From Candidatus Peregrinibacteria bacterium (GTDB lineage Bacteria > Patescibacteriota > Gracilibacteria > UBA1369), in NCBI GenBank assembly GCA_963708185.1, contig OY970195.1, positions 512,001 to 576,000 on the forward strand: 64,000 nucleotides of DNA, written 5' to 3'. Position 1 is the first letter of the stretch. The number at the start of each line of letters is the position of its first letter. This document shows, piece after piece, positions 40,998 to 51,857 of the stretch. Below the pieces are notes generated by a model that ran no database searches, was not told the origin of the DNA, and was given only the letters and a program-made list of their open reading frames with translations. The position numbers were made by a program, and so were the translations under genes.

Positions 40998-42719
40998 TTA
41001 GCTTACGAAACTTTCAAAATACACGTTGGGGACGTTTCCGTGGTAGGTGCTGCTGGTACGGATATCGATGCGGTCGTCATCGCTGCGCCAGACCGTATCT
41101 TTTCCTTCTTTTTCAGGGGCGACTCCCGGGAGCAGGGCCGACACCATCTGCCGGTTTTTGTCGGCGAGATGCGGGGTAAAAGTGCTGTGGAGTTTTTTGG
41201 ACGGATCGGACGCGAACCTGATGAACTCCTGGTTGGAGTTTCCGTACGCCGAGTCGAGGAGACCCAATGAAGCGATGCGATCGTACATGTCATGTGAGTG
41301 CAGGATATTCTGAACCGCGAAGTAACCGCCGCTGTGCGAAGCGATGGATATCTTCGCGTCCGCAACTCCGCTGACCTGGTCGGTCAAAGCCATAAGTCTG
41401 GAAAAAGATCCGGGTTGACGGAAATCCTGCCAGCCGCCGATCCTGTTTTCAGGGACCACAAGAATGACCGGATCTCCGGCTTCACGCATTTTCTGGACCT
41501 GCCCTTGGATCATTTTGAGACTGGACTCGATGCTTCCGCCGTTGCCGTGGAAGTAGACGACGACGCGCGGCTTTTTGTCTTTGTACTGTTCAAATTTCGG
41601 AACATTGATGTAGACCCGTTCCTTACCGAACTGGTAGATGGACTCTTTGGCTTCGGGATGTTCAACCTGCTGGAGCTGCTCCGGCTCCTTGGCTTCGTAG
41701 ACTTTTTCGTTCGGTTTGGGCGGTTTGACTTCAACACGTTTGCCGTTGACCGTTGTGTAACGGTAGCCGCTCGTCGGGCTGATGTCGTTTCCCAGTTCGG
41801 TGGGCGCCGCTTCGTCTTTGCGCCAGATGGTTCCGTTCATTTCGGTGTGGGCCTGTTGTTCTTTTTTCGCTTCGGCTTTTGCTTCGTCGCCGCCTTCGGG
41901 AACGGTGTCCAGCACGCCGATGGTGTATCCGCTGAAAATGGGGATGTACCCCTGCGCGTCAAAATAGCCCACGCGGCCGTTCTGGATCTGGCGCGTTCCG
42001 GTGCGCTGCTGTCCCTGCAGGTCGATGACGGTAATTCTGGTGACGCTCGGAGGAAGAATATCTCCGGCGCCAACGTAGTTTTCAAATTTATCATTTCCTT
42101 TGAGGTCCACCTTGAAGGTCAGACCGCTGCCGCGTTGTTCACCAAGAAACATACGGGACATTTTGGCCTTGTCCCACCCGCCCTGGAGGTTGTAAATGTT
42201 CTCGGCTTGGGCTTTTTGAAGATCGGTGTGGGTCTGCTTTTCGGAAGCTTCACGGACTTTTTCGTCCTGGCTGTATTTTTTCGCGACTTCATTCCAGTAT
42301 CCTCCAAGGTTTTTTTTCTGTTCTTCAAGTTTTTTGTCGGTTTTTCCCCTGAGCCATTCCGCCTTCTGGACGACTTCGCCTTTGGCGTTGCGCCAGACCA
42401 CGCCGTCTTTTTCTTTGGTGGCGGTAAGTTTTTCGTCGCGAAAGGCATACTCGGCTTTCTGCCCTTCCCGGCTCAGGCCGCGTTCAATGGCGAGCATCTC
42501 CTTCATGGGAGTTTCCACGCCGATTTCAAGACTCAGGTTGGCCAGTCGGGCTTTGGTGCCGAACCTTTCCACGGTCGTCACCTTTTCCGAAGGCTGTTGC
42601 GCTTCGGGCTCCGGCTGCTTTTCAACCTGGACCGACGGCTGTTCCGGAGCCTTCTGATACACGGGTCGTGAAGCCTTGAAAGTCCCTTGTTCCCAGCTGT
42701 AATTTTGTTTACAGTGCAT
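40998..42719 (-). CDS. Multidomain protein with C-terminal alpha/beta hydrolase
   Basis: VVVYFHGNG, ASHSGGY nucleophile elbow, LLDSAY, YHG. Confidence 0.75.
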   Translation of the reverse strand: MHCKQNYSWEQGTFKASRPVYQKAPEQPSVQVEKQPEPEAQQPSEKVTTVERFGTKARLANLSLEIGVETPMKEMLAIERGLSREGQKAEYAFRDEKLTATKEKDGVVWRNAKGEVVQKAEWLRGKTDKKLEEQKKNLGGYWNEVAKKYSQDEKVREASEKQTHTDLQKAQAENIYNLQGGWDKAKMSRMFLGEQRGSGLTFKVDLKGNDKFENYVGAGDILPPSVTRITVIDLQGQQRTGTRQIQNGRVGYFDAQGYIPIFSGYTIGVLDTVPEGGDEAKAEAKKEQQAHTEMNGTIWRKDEAAPTELGNDISPTSGYRYTTVNGKRVEVKPPKPNEKVYEAKEPEQLQQVEHPEAKESIYQFGKERVYINVPKFEQYKDKKPRVVVYFHGNGGSIESSLKMIQGQVQKMREAGDPVILVVPENRIGGWQDFRQPGSFSRLMALTDQVSGVADAKISIASHSGGYFAVQNILHSHDMYDRIASLGLLDSAYGNSNQEFIRFASDPSKKLHSTFTPHLADKNRQMVSALLPGVAPEKEGKDTVWRSDDDRIDIRTSSTYHGNVPNVYFESFVS

Positions 42720-42798
42720 ATGTGCGACTTTTTTGTTTTTAAAATCTTATAATTATAGCACAAATAAGCCAACTTTTGAATATTAAAGTGAATACCAA

Positions 42799-43089
42799 AT
42801 GAACACAAAAACCATCCAGCCGCAACGCACCTGTGCGGGCTGCAGAAAGAAGCATGATCAGTCCGACTTATTGGCTGTCACAAGGCTCAAAAACGGAGAG
42901 GTCATCGTCAACGATCCTTACGAACAACGCGGAAGGAGCGTTTATATCTGCAGAAAAAAAGAATGTCTCCGCAAAATCCGTGACCGTAAAGGACAAAATG
43001 GATTACAATACGGACTCAAGGTGCAGATTCCGGAAAACATCTGGAAAATTCTGGAAGAGAAGACCGGTTCCGCCAATTCCACCAAATAA
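42799..43089 (+). CDS. ylxR: YlxR (DUF448) RNA-binding protein
   Basis: PQRTCAGCR, GRSVYIC....C. Confidence 0.88.
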   Translation: MNTKTIQPQRTCAGCRKKHDQSDLLAVTRLKNGEVIVNDPYEQRGRSVYICRKKECLRKIRDRKGQNGLQYGLKVQIPENIWKILEEKTGSANSTK

Positions 43090-43101
43090 ATTGCCGCAGT
43101 T

Positions 43102-46100
43102 ATGAACGCGACGGAAAATTACGACAAGAAATTCGAGGAACGTTACGGAGCCTTGAACGCGCGACAGCAGGAGGCCGTCGACGCCATTGATGGTCCGGTG
43201 CTTGTGGTTGCGGGTCCGGGATCGGGAAAGACCGAACTGCTGAGTCTGCGTGTCGCCAATATCTTGCGCAATACCGACACGCTCGCTTCATCGATCCTGT
43301 GTCTGACCTTTACCGATTCGGCGTCGGTGAACATGCAGAAACGTCTCGAGGGTCTCATCGGTGCCGAAGCCTATAAAGTGACGATCCATACGTTCCATAG
43401 TTTCGGGAGGGAGATCATCGCCCAGAACGCGGAATATTTTTACAAAGGCGCCAACTATTCTCCGGCCGACGAAATCCAGCAGCTGGAAATTCTCCAGGAG
43501 ATTTTTGAAACACTTCCCCACGACAACAGCCTGGATTCCCGACATCCGGAACAGGGATACACCTACATGAAGGAGGTCAGGGAACGTATCGGCGATCTCA
43601 AGAAGGCCGGCCTGGCCCGGACGAATTCAGAAAGCTCCTGGAAGCTGACCGGGTTTTTCTGGAAGAAGCGGCTCCGCTGATCGCGGAGACGTTTGAAGGA
43701 AGAGTGGATAAAAGCATGATCCCCAAAGCCGGAGAGCTGCTCAAAAAACTCGCAGCTCTGACGGACGCCCCGGTCGCTCCCGGGACACGTTCCAAGAGCC
43801 TCAAGGAAAAAATTACGGAGTCGCTGGCACTGGCGCTTGAGCAGGCCGGCGGCGACAAAGGAAGCACGAAGCCCCTCACCGAATGGAAAAACAGTTTCAC
43901 CAAAAAGGACGAAGAGAAAAAAACTGTGCTCAGGGACGCCGCGCGGCTCCGCAAGAATTTCGATCTCGTTCAAATTTACGAAGCCTATCTCCAGAAGCTT
44001 CGCGAGCGCGGCCTTTTTGATTACGACGACATGTTGCTCGACGTCATCCGTGAGCTGGAAAACAGCCCGGATCTGCGCTATACGCTCCAGGAAAAATTCC
44101 TCTACATTCTGGTGGACGAGTTCCAGGATACGAACGGAGCGCAGATGCGTCTGCTTGATCTGCTGCTCGATTCCGAACTTTCCGAAGGTCGTCCCAACAT
44201 CATGGCTGTGGGAGACGACGATCAGTCCATCTACAAGTTCCAGGGCGCCAACGTGGAAAACATTTTGGGTTTTTCCGGAAAATTCGTCGATCCCAAGATC
44301 GTCGTCCTCACCGACAACTACCGTTCAACGCAGGAAATCCTGGACTTCGCCCGTACCGTGGTCCTCCGGGGAGAAGACCGTCTTGAATCCAGACTGGAGA
44401 ACATCCGGAAAGATCTCAAGGCTTCGCGGCAGCACCTTCCCAAAGGGATGCTCCTGCAGAAAGATTTTGAAACCTCCTATGAAGAACTGTTCTGGATGGC
44501 CAAAGAGATTAAGCGCATCCTTGATGAGAAACGATGCGACCCCGGTGAGATAGCGGTGCTCGCTCCAAAACACAAAATTCTCGAAGCGGCGGCAAAAACG
44601 CTCAATTACTTCGGCATTCCCGTGGCCTATGAACGCCAGCAGAACCTGCTCGAAGATCCGCTCATTCACGAGATCGTCACTATTCTGGAATACGTGGATT
44701 CGATGGTCCGCAACGACCGCGACCAGGCCGATCACCTCCTTCCGGAAATTCTGAGTTTCAAGTTCTGGGGCATCAACCGCGTGACGCTGTGGAAGATTTC
44801 GGTCGCGGCTTCCAGATCACGCAAAAAAAACTGGCTCGACATCATGGTGGATTCCGAATCCGCCTCGCTGCGCAACATCGCCAAATTCCTGATGGAACTC
44901 GCCGCGGACGCCAAATCCAAAACCGTCGAGGAGATCATCGACCTCATCACCGGGATCGAGGCCACGGATATCGCCGATGACACCTACGGCGACGACGACC
45001 AGTCGGTGCTGCGGTTCGAGGACAACGTTCCCTACCGCAGTCCGTTCAAGTCTTTTTATTTCAGCGAAGAACGTCTTACCGATCCCGCGAGCGGCTACTT
45101 TGAATACCTTGAAAACCTTCAGGCGTTCATCGCCAAGATCCGTCAGTATAAAGCTGCAAAAGTTCTTTCGTCCGGGGACGTCATCAAGTTCGTGAAGCTT
45201 CTCGACAACAACAAACTTCCGCTCAACCACACTCTTCAGTTGAGCACGAACGACGACGCGGTCCAGTTGATGACGGTGCACAAGGCCAAAGGTCAGGAGT
45301 TCGACAGCGTGTTCGTTCTGAACTGCCAGGATAAAGCATGGGTCAGAAGGCGCGGCGACAAACTTCAGTTCCCTTCTAACCTGCCGCTCTCCGCGGAGAA
45401 CGAAACTCCCGACGACGTGCTTAGACTTTTTTACGTCGCCATCACCCGCGCCAAACATTTCCTGTACCTGACGAGACACCGTTTTGACGACAAGGGCCGC
45501 GAACTGATTCACTTAAGATTTTTAAGCGGCGCGGACGAGCAGGCACAGGGCAGCGGAAAAAGCAGGGAAAGCATCGACATGGAAGCTGCCAAGAGCCGCG
45601 CCGCCAAGGAGTACGGCGCCGAAAAGTTTTTCCAGCTCATCGACGACGTCAGACGACACGAACCCCATTCCGAAGACGAGAAACATCTCCTCAAAGCGAC
45701 GCTCCAGAACTACCGGCTCAGCGTCACCCATTTGAAGAACTTCATCGATGTCGCCAAAGCCGGTCCCCAGGTCTTTCTGGAAAGAAACCTGTTGCGGTTT
45801 CCCCAGATGATCACGCCGAGCCTGGCGTTCGGAAACGCCATGCACAAAGCGCTCGCCAATTTCTATCTCGTTTACAAACGTGAAGGATCACTTCCCGCGC
45901 TGGACTTCCTGCTCAAGAATTTCGAAGAAACGCTCGCGCTGCAGCGGCTCAACGACAACGATTTCAGAAAACAGCTCGGCAGAGGGCGTGAAGACCTGAC
46001 CTGCTTTTATCAGAACCGCAGTGCATTGATCGACCCGCAGGACAAAGTGGAGGTCAATTTCCGCAGCCAACAGGTGGTGGTTGAAGACGTTCCGATTTCC

Positions 46101-46511
46101 GGAGCCATCGACCGCATCCATGCCGTTCCGTCTTCCTCCGAAATTGTGGTGTTCGATTACAAGACCGGAAAAACGTTCGACCGCTGGGAACCTTCCGACG
46201 AGTACCTCCAGTACAAAGCGTGGGACTACAAGATGCAGCTCCAGTTTTACAAAATTCTGGCGGAACATTCGCGTGAGTACCGCGGAAAAGTCGTCCGCAA
46301 AGGCGTACTGGACTTCCTCAAACCCCGCGACGGAAAGATCATGTCGCTGGAACTCGAGATCGCCGACGAAGACGTCGAACGACTCAAGAAACTCATCGCC
46401 GTGGTCTACCGGAAGATCGTCGCTTTGGACTTCCCGGACGTCAGCACGTACGATAAGGATCTCTTCGGCATCGGACACTTTACGGAAGACCTTATTGCCG
46501 GGCGCGTGTAA
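43102..46511 (+). pseudogene. UvrD/PcrA-family helicase fused to PD-(D/E)XK nuclease, split by a 1-nt frameshift at about 43616-43618
   Basis: AGPGSGKT, LTFT, TFHSF in ORF 1; VDEFQD, VGDDDQSIY, NYRS, TVHKAKGQEF, YVAITRA, G.IDRI..DYKTG in ORF 2. Confidence 0.85.
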
Positions 46512-46587
46512 AGCGGTCGCACAATTTTCTTGACGGTGAGTGGACACTCACCTACACTGAAAGATGTTCAATTTTCTTCACAACTTT

Positions 46588-47700
46588 ATGGAAATTCTCT
46601 ACGTCATCATCGGGCTCGCCGCCATTTGTATAGCGGGCGCGCTCGTCTACCTCATTTCGGAACTGCAGAAACTCAAGAAACCCCAGGACGAAACGTCGCA
46701 AAAGCTGATGCTCGACGTGATGGAAAAGCTGCGCGTGTCGGTCCAGGACAGCGACGATAAAACGCGCAAGACGCTTCAGGATCAGCTGGATAAGATGACC
46801 AAACAGCTGGCCGAACATCAAAAAGGTTCACTCGATACCCTGCAGAAACAGTTCGGGCAGAGCGCCAAGATTATCGAAGAGGTCACCAAAAAACTCACCA
46901 AGCTCGACGAGACGAACAAACAGGTCGTCGGCTTCGCGGAACAGATGAAGAGTCTGGAAAACATTCTCAAGAATCCGAAACAGCGCGGTATTCTGGGTGA
47001 ATATCTCCTGGAGTCGCTCCTCGGCAACATCCTCGCACCCGACCAGTTCCAGATGCAGTACAAGTTCAAGAACGGTGAAATCGTGGACGCCGCGATCTTC
47101 TTCAAGGACAAGATTATTCCCATCGACGCCAAATTTTCGCTGGAAAAATACAACGAGATCATGCAGGAGAACGACAAAAAACGCCGAGAGTCCCTGGAAA
47201 AAGAGTTCAAGACCGATCTCAAGAACCGCATCGACGAAACCTCCAAATACATCCGCCCGGTGGAGAACACCACGGATTTCGCTTTCATGTTCCTTCCGGC
47301 CGAGGGCATCTACTACAACCTGCTCGTCTACAACGTGGGTACGGTGGAAGTGAACACGCAGGATCTTATTGAATACGCTTTCAAGAAACACGTCATCATC
47401 GTGTCCCCCACTTCGTTCTTTGCCTACCTGGAAACGGTTTTGCAGGGATTGAAAGCTTTGAAGATGGAAGAGTCCGTCCAGGACATCGTCAAAAAAGTCG
47501 GCGAACTCGGCCGCCATTTAAAGAGCTACCAGACCTACATGGTCAAACTCGGCAACAATCTCGGAACGACGGTGAGCATGTATAACCAGGCCTCGCACGA
47601 GTTCAAGAAGATCGACAAGGACGTCTATAAAATCTCCGACGGACAGGAGCAGATCGGCGCGGAGCTGCCGCTGCTGGAGAAACCCGGCGTTGACGATTAG
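46588..47700 (+). CDS. rmuC: DNA recombination protein RmuC
   Basis: TM + coiled coil, K.RG.LGE..L, IDAKF, KYI.P..T.DFAFMFLP.E.IY, VSPTS. Confidence 0.9.
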   Translation: MEILYVIIGLAAICIAGALVYLISELQKLKKPQDETSQKLMLDVMEKLRVSVQDSDDKTRKTLQDQLDKMTKQLAEHQKGSLDTLQKQFGQSAKIIEEVTKKLTKLDETNKQVVGFAEQMKSLENILKNPKQRGILGEYLLESLLGNILAPDQFQMQYKFKNGEIVDAAIFFKDKIIPIDAKFSLEKYNEIMQENDKKRRESLEKEFKTDLKNRIDETSKYIRPVENTTDFAFMFLPAEGIYYNLLVYNVGTVEVNTQDLIEYAFKKHVIIVSPTSFFAYLETVLQGLKALKMEESVQDIVKKVGELGRHLKSYQTYMVKLGNNLGTTVSMYNQASHEFKKIDKDVYKISDGQEQIGAELPLLEKPGVDD

Positions 47701-47784
47701 TTTCAGCTCAGCTGAGGTTTGACTTTTCAGCCCGTTTTGCCTAGACTGCTTACGCTAATCCAGCGTTTTTAAGCCAATTTTTTC

Positions 47785-50040
47785 GTGCCTACCAAGAAAA
47801 CCCCAGCCCAAAAAACGACCAAGACGGCCAAAACCGTTAAGAGTTCAACGAGGGCTGCATCCAAAAAAACGAAAGCGCCCGCCACGTCTTCCGCCAAAAC
47901 AACCAAGCAAACGGCGGCAAAGGCTCCCTCAAAAATTTCAAAAAAAGTTGAAGAAACGAAGCAGGCTGCTCCTGCTCCGCAAGCCGCTGCCCAGCAACCG
48001 GCTCCAGTTCAACAGCAACCAAAACCGCAACAGCAGCCTCACCACAAACCCCATGAAGCACCAAAGCGCGCGGGTTTTGCCGAAGACATTCTGGGACCAA
48101 CGAATAAAACTCCGGAAGAACAGGCCGATATTTATGACGAGCTCATCTCTCAGCAGATGGAGCGCGAAATTGTCCGCAGTCAGCGCAAACAGACCGCTGG
48201 AAAGGACAGCGGCAAGAAAGGCCACAAGAAACATACTTTTTATCAGCAGCCCAAACCGGTGACCGACCGCGTGGTGGAAATTCCCGAGGTCATTACCGTG
48301 AAAGAGTTTTCGGAAAAGACGGGCATCGGCGCGGCCAAGGTGATCGGTGAATTGATGAAGAACGGCATTCTCGCCAACATCAACCAGCAGATTGACTACG
48401 ATACCGCGCAGATTATTGCCGACGATCTTCATATTCAGATCAAGAAAAAACGCGGTGAAGGTTCCGCGGAAGACGTGTTCAGCGGAAACCTCGACGCGCT
48501 GTTACAACAGGACGAAGCCGCGGATCTGCAGACCAGACCGCCGATCGTGGTGGTGATGGGGCACGTTGACCACGGAAAAACCAAACTCCTCGACTATATT
48601 CGACAATCCAACGTGGTGGCCGGTGAGGCTGGTGGTATTACCCAGCACATTGGCGCCTACCAGGTGGTCAAGAACGACCGCAGGATCACGTTTCTGGACA
48701 CTCCGGGTCACGAAGCCTTCACGGCCATGCGTGCCCGCGGCGCCAAAGTCACGGACATCGCCATTCTGGTGGTGGCCGCGGATGAGGGCGTGAAACCCCA
48801 GACGATTGAAGCCATCCAACATGCCCAGGACGCGGGAGTACCGATCATTGTTGCTATCAATAAGATTGATAAAGAGAACGCCCAGCCGGATAAAGTAAAA
48901 GGCGAACTCGGCGAGTTCGGCCTGGTGCCGGAAGAATGGGGCGGTTCCACCATCATGGTGCCCGTGTCGGCCATGACCGGCCTGGGTATGGACCAGCTTT
49001 TGGAAATGATTTTGCTGGTTGCCGACGTTGCCAATTTAAAGGCAAACCCCAATCGTGAAGCCGTGGGAACAGTGATTGAAGCGCATCTGGATCAAAGCCT
49101 CGGCCCCATCGCAACGATCATCGTCAATACCGGAACCCTGAAAATCGGTAATAATTTTGTGTTGGGAAGTACCTACGGCCGCGTGAAAGTGATGAAGGAC
49201 AGCACCGGGAAAAACATCCTGGAAGCCGGCCCGTCCGTGCCCGTGCTGATCGCCGGACTTTCCGCATCCCCGCAGTCCGGTGACATTTTGCACGTAGTGC
49301 CCAACGAACAGGCAGCACGAAGCCAGGCCCTCAATGTTCAGACCCTCAAAGACGCCGAACTGCTCAAAAAACGCGGGGTTGGTGAAATCATGTCGCAGAT
49401 CAGTTCCGGTCAGCTCAAACAACTCAAACTCGTACTCAAGGCGGACACCAAAGGTTCGCTCGAAGCCTTGAAACAGTCCATCGCCCAGATCAAGAACGAA
49501 AGCGTGGGCGTAAAAATCATTCTGTCCGGGGTTGGGAATGTGACGGAATCCGACGTATTGATGGCGGCAGCCGGAGGCGGCATCGTCATGGGCTTCAATG
49601 CCGAAGTCAATCTGAAGGTCAAAAAAATGGCTGAACGCGAGCACGTTGAAGTTCTCCAATATTCCGTGATCTATAAACTCTTCGACGACATCAAGAAAAT
49701 CCTTACCGGTCTCCTGGAACCTGAAATCGTGGAAAATATCCTGGGCCGCGCAGAGGTCAAACAGATCTTCCTCACCGAAAAACGCGAAATGATCGTGGGC
49801 TGCAAAGTCATCAAGGGCCACGTGGAAAACAAGGCCAAGGTCCGCATCTTCCGCAACAGCGCCCAGGGAGAGGAAAAAGTCGGCGACGGCACGATCGTTT
49901 CTTTGAAGAGTTTTGAAAAGAACGTCACCGAGGTCAGCGAAGGCAACGACTGCGGCGTACGTTACGAAGGTTTCATGCCGCTGCTCGAAGGCGACATCCT
50001 GGAAGCCTACAAGATGGAGAAGAGGATCAGGACCTTATAA
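47785..50040 (+). CDS. infB: Translation initiation factor IF-2
   Basis: MGHVDHGKT, GGITQHIGAY, DTPGHEAF, NKID; GTG start. Confidence 0.97.
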   Translation: MPTKKTPAQKTTKTAKTVKSSTRAASKKTKAPATSSAKTTKQTAAKAPSKISKKVEETKQAAPAPQAAAQQPAPVQQQPKPQQQPHHKPHEAPKRAGFAEDILGPTNKTPEEQADIYDELISQQMEREIVRSQRKQTAGKDSGKKGHKKHTFYQQPKPVTDRVVEIPEVITVKEFSEKTGIGAAKVIGELMKNGILANINQQIDYDTAQIIADDLHIQIKKKRGEGSAEDVFSGNLDALLQQDEAADLQTRPPIVVVMGHVDHGKTKLLDYIRQSNVVAGEAGGITQHIGAYQVVKNDRRITFLDTPGHEAFTAMRARGAKVTDIAILVVAADEGVKPQTIEAIQHAQDAGVPIIVAINKIDKENAQPDKVKGELGEFGLVPEEWGGSTIMVPVSAMTGLGMDQLLEMILLVADVANLKANPNREAVGTVIEAHLDQSLGPIATIIVNTGTLKIGNNFVLGSTYGRVKVMKDSTGKNILEAGPSVPVLIAGLSASPQSGDILHVVPNEQAARSQALNVQTLKDAELLKKRGVGEIMSQISSGQLKQLKLVLKADTKGSLEALKQSIAQIKNESVGVKIILSGVGNVTESDVLMAAAGGGIVMGFNAEVNLKVKKMAEREHVEVLQYSVIYKLFDDIKKILTGLLEPEIVENILGRAEVKQIFLTEKREMIVGCKVIKGHVENKAKVRIFRNSAQGEEKVGDGTIVSLKSFEKNVTEVSEGNDCGVRYEGFMPLLEGDILEAYKMEKRIRTL

Positions 50041-50126
50041 TCCGCACGATATCATGCGGGTTCACTTTTAAGACTCTGTTCATCAAACCTTCATGCCTCA
50101 GATGGTATTTTAGACGTGCCGGTCCA

Positions 50127-50180
50127 TTGACCGTTTTCGATTTGAAGTGTACACTTAAGGTACATCTTAAATGTACACCA
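50127..50180 (+). promoter_or_regulatory. TA promoter with three 12-bp-spaced (T)GTACA operator units
   Basis: TTGACC-17-TACACT; AAGTGTACACTT / AAGGTACATCTT / AAATGTACACCA. Confidence 0.75.
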
Positions 50181-50431
50181 TGACCACCAAATTCATCGGC
50201 CTCAAACAGTTCCGCCAAAACCTTGCCGGTTATACCAAAGAAGCAAAAATGAAAAATATCCGTTTTATCATCCTCAAAAAGAATGTTCCGGTCCTTGAAG
50301 TGAAGGCGCTCGACGAAAAAGAGTTTGCTTATGAAAAACTGGCGGCGGAAATAGCCGAGGCCCGCAAACAGGTTAAAGAAGGCAAGGTCTACACCCAGGA
50401 AGAGATCATGAAAGAGTTTGGTTTAAGCTAA
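50180..50431 (+). CDS. Phd/YefM-like antitoxin
   Basis: IGLKQFRQNL..Y......IILKKNVPV; C-terminal ARKQVKEGKVYTQEEI; precedes a RelE-like gene. Confidence 0.75.
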   Translation: MTTKFIGLKQFRQNLAGYTKEAKMKNIRFIILKKNVPVLEVKALDEKEFAYEKLAAEIAEARKQVKEGKVYTQEEIMKEFGLS

Positions 50432-50434
50432 TGT

Positions 50435-50704
50435 ATGCATCACGTCATTTATACCCAGACCGCCAGGGAAGATCTCAAGATGTTGGAAAACAAAACCGCT
50501 CAACGAATCATTGGTAAAATATTCCATTACAGCCAGCAGAAAGATCCACTCTCTTTTGCCAAAAGCCTTACCGATTCCGATATCGGCAGGTTCCGTTTCC
50601 GCATCGGCGATTACCGTGCCATCTTTGACGTCGATAGTAAGGGCAAAATCTACATCCTGATGATTTTGCGCATCAAACATCGCAAAGATATTTATAGGGT
50701 GTAA
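50435..50704 (+). CDS. RelE/ParE-family toxin
   Basis: V.Y...A..DL..L, FRFRIGDYRAIF, IKHRKDIY. Confidence 0.9.
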   Translation: MHHVIYTQTAREDLKMLENKTAQRIIGKIFHYSQQKDPLSFAKSLTDSDIGRFRFRIGDYRAIFDVDSKGKIYILMILRIKHRKDIYRV

Positions 50705-50853
50705 AGCTTTTATCTTCCCAAACTGTCTCTGATTTTCAATACCTTCCCAGGCCATACCCATGGCCTGAAACCGTATTGGATTTTGCAGTGGTTTGAACGC
50801 AGCCAAAGAAGGTCGCCGCTGCTCTGACATCATCAATTCTGCCATCATCAATC

Positions 50854-50882
50854 AAAAAAGCCCCTCAGTTCCGAGGGGCTTT
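50854..50882 (-). terminator. Terminator downstream of hup
   Basis: AAAGCCCCTC/GAGGGGCTTT stem with T tract on minus strand. Confidence 0.8.
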
Positions 50883-50915
50883 CGATTTCTTTGTAAATCC
50901 TCGCGGATTTCGCAA

Positions 50916-51194
50916 TTAACCACGAACTGCATCCTTCAAAGATTTGCCTGCCTTGAAAGCCGGAAGCTTCATGGCCGGGATCTTGATTTTCTGGCTTGGG
51001 TTGCGTGGGTTCACACCGGTGCGAGCTGCGCGCTTGGAAACGCGGAAAGTTCCGAAACCGGTCACGGTCACGTTTTCACCCTTTTTGAGAGACTTTGTGA
51101 TGCCTGCGAGTACTGCTTCGAGCACATCGCCTGCTGCTTTTTTGGTAACGCCTGCTGACTTTGCAGCTGCGTCAACGAGATCTTGCTTTGTCAT
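50916..51194 (-). CDS. hup: DNA-binding protein HU
   Basis: MTKQDLV, GFGTF, RAARTGVNP, PAFKAGK.LKD. Confidence 0.97.
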   Translation of the reverse strand: MTKQDLVDAAAKSAGVTKKAAGDVLEAVLAGITKSLKKGENVTVTGFGTFRVSKRAARTGVNPRNPSQKIKIPAMKLPAFKAGKSLKDAVRG

Positions 51195-51340
51195 GTTTCT
51201 GTTGATTAAGAAATAAGATGACTCGCCTATTATATGGCTTCCACAGCAGAATACAAGCCCAAAGCACGTTATTATGGCTTTTCTGCACGTTTTCTCTATA
51301 ATATATCCGGTTTCAAGCTCATTTTAACGCCCGGCAGCCT

Positions 51341-51748
51341 ATGTCCGACTCCCCCTCCGAAAAATTCACACTCGTCAAAATCCCGACCCATACCGATCCG
51401 CGCGGCAGTTTAAGCGCGATCGAACTCAAGGACTACGTGGACTGGCCGGTCAAACGCGTTTACTACGTGACGAACGTGACGCAGGACCGGGGCGGCCACG
51501 CGGTTCGCGGCGAAAAAAAGATCTACGTGTGCATGGAAGGCACCATGACCGCAAGAATCCATGACGGCAAAGAGTGGCACGAATTAAAACTTAAAGGCCC
51601 GGAGGACGCCATCGTGATGAACGGCATGTGCTGGCGCGAATTCAAGGACTTCAGCCCGGGCGCCGTCCTCTGCGCCATTTCCAACATGAACTACGAGAAG
51701 GAAAAGTATATTTATGATTTTGAGGTGTTCTTGGGGGAAACGACCTAG
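51341..51748 (+). CDS. FdtA/QdtA (WxcM-like) cupin, dTDP-sugar 3,4-ketoisomerase family
   Basis: D.RG.L...E......KRVYY......RGGHA, WRE...FS..AV......Y....YI.D. Confidence 0.85.
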   Translation: MSDSPSEKFTLVKIPTHTDPRGSLSAIELKDYVDWPVKRVYYVTNVTQDRGGHAVRGEKKIYVCMEGTMTARIHDGKEWHELKLKGPEDAIVMNGMCWREFKDFSPGAVLCAISNMNYEKEKYIYDFEVFLGETT

Positions 51749-51857
51749 CGGTAGCAATGCCGTCTTGATGACATTTTTATGATATTCCCTTTTTTGAATG
51801 AATATTTTTTAGTGTGGAGTATAATTTGAATGCTTATCTTCCTTCTCCCCAATTTTT

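Noticed and set aside
41298-42671. Long antisense ORFs (also 7416..8690, 15500..16579, 26128..27333, 60660..61562)
   Set aside because: Typical antisense shadows of well-supported genes, with no recognisable motifs.
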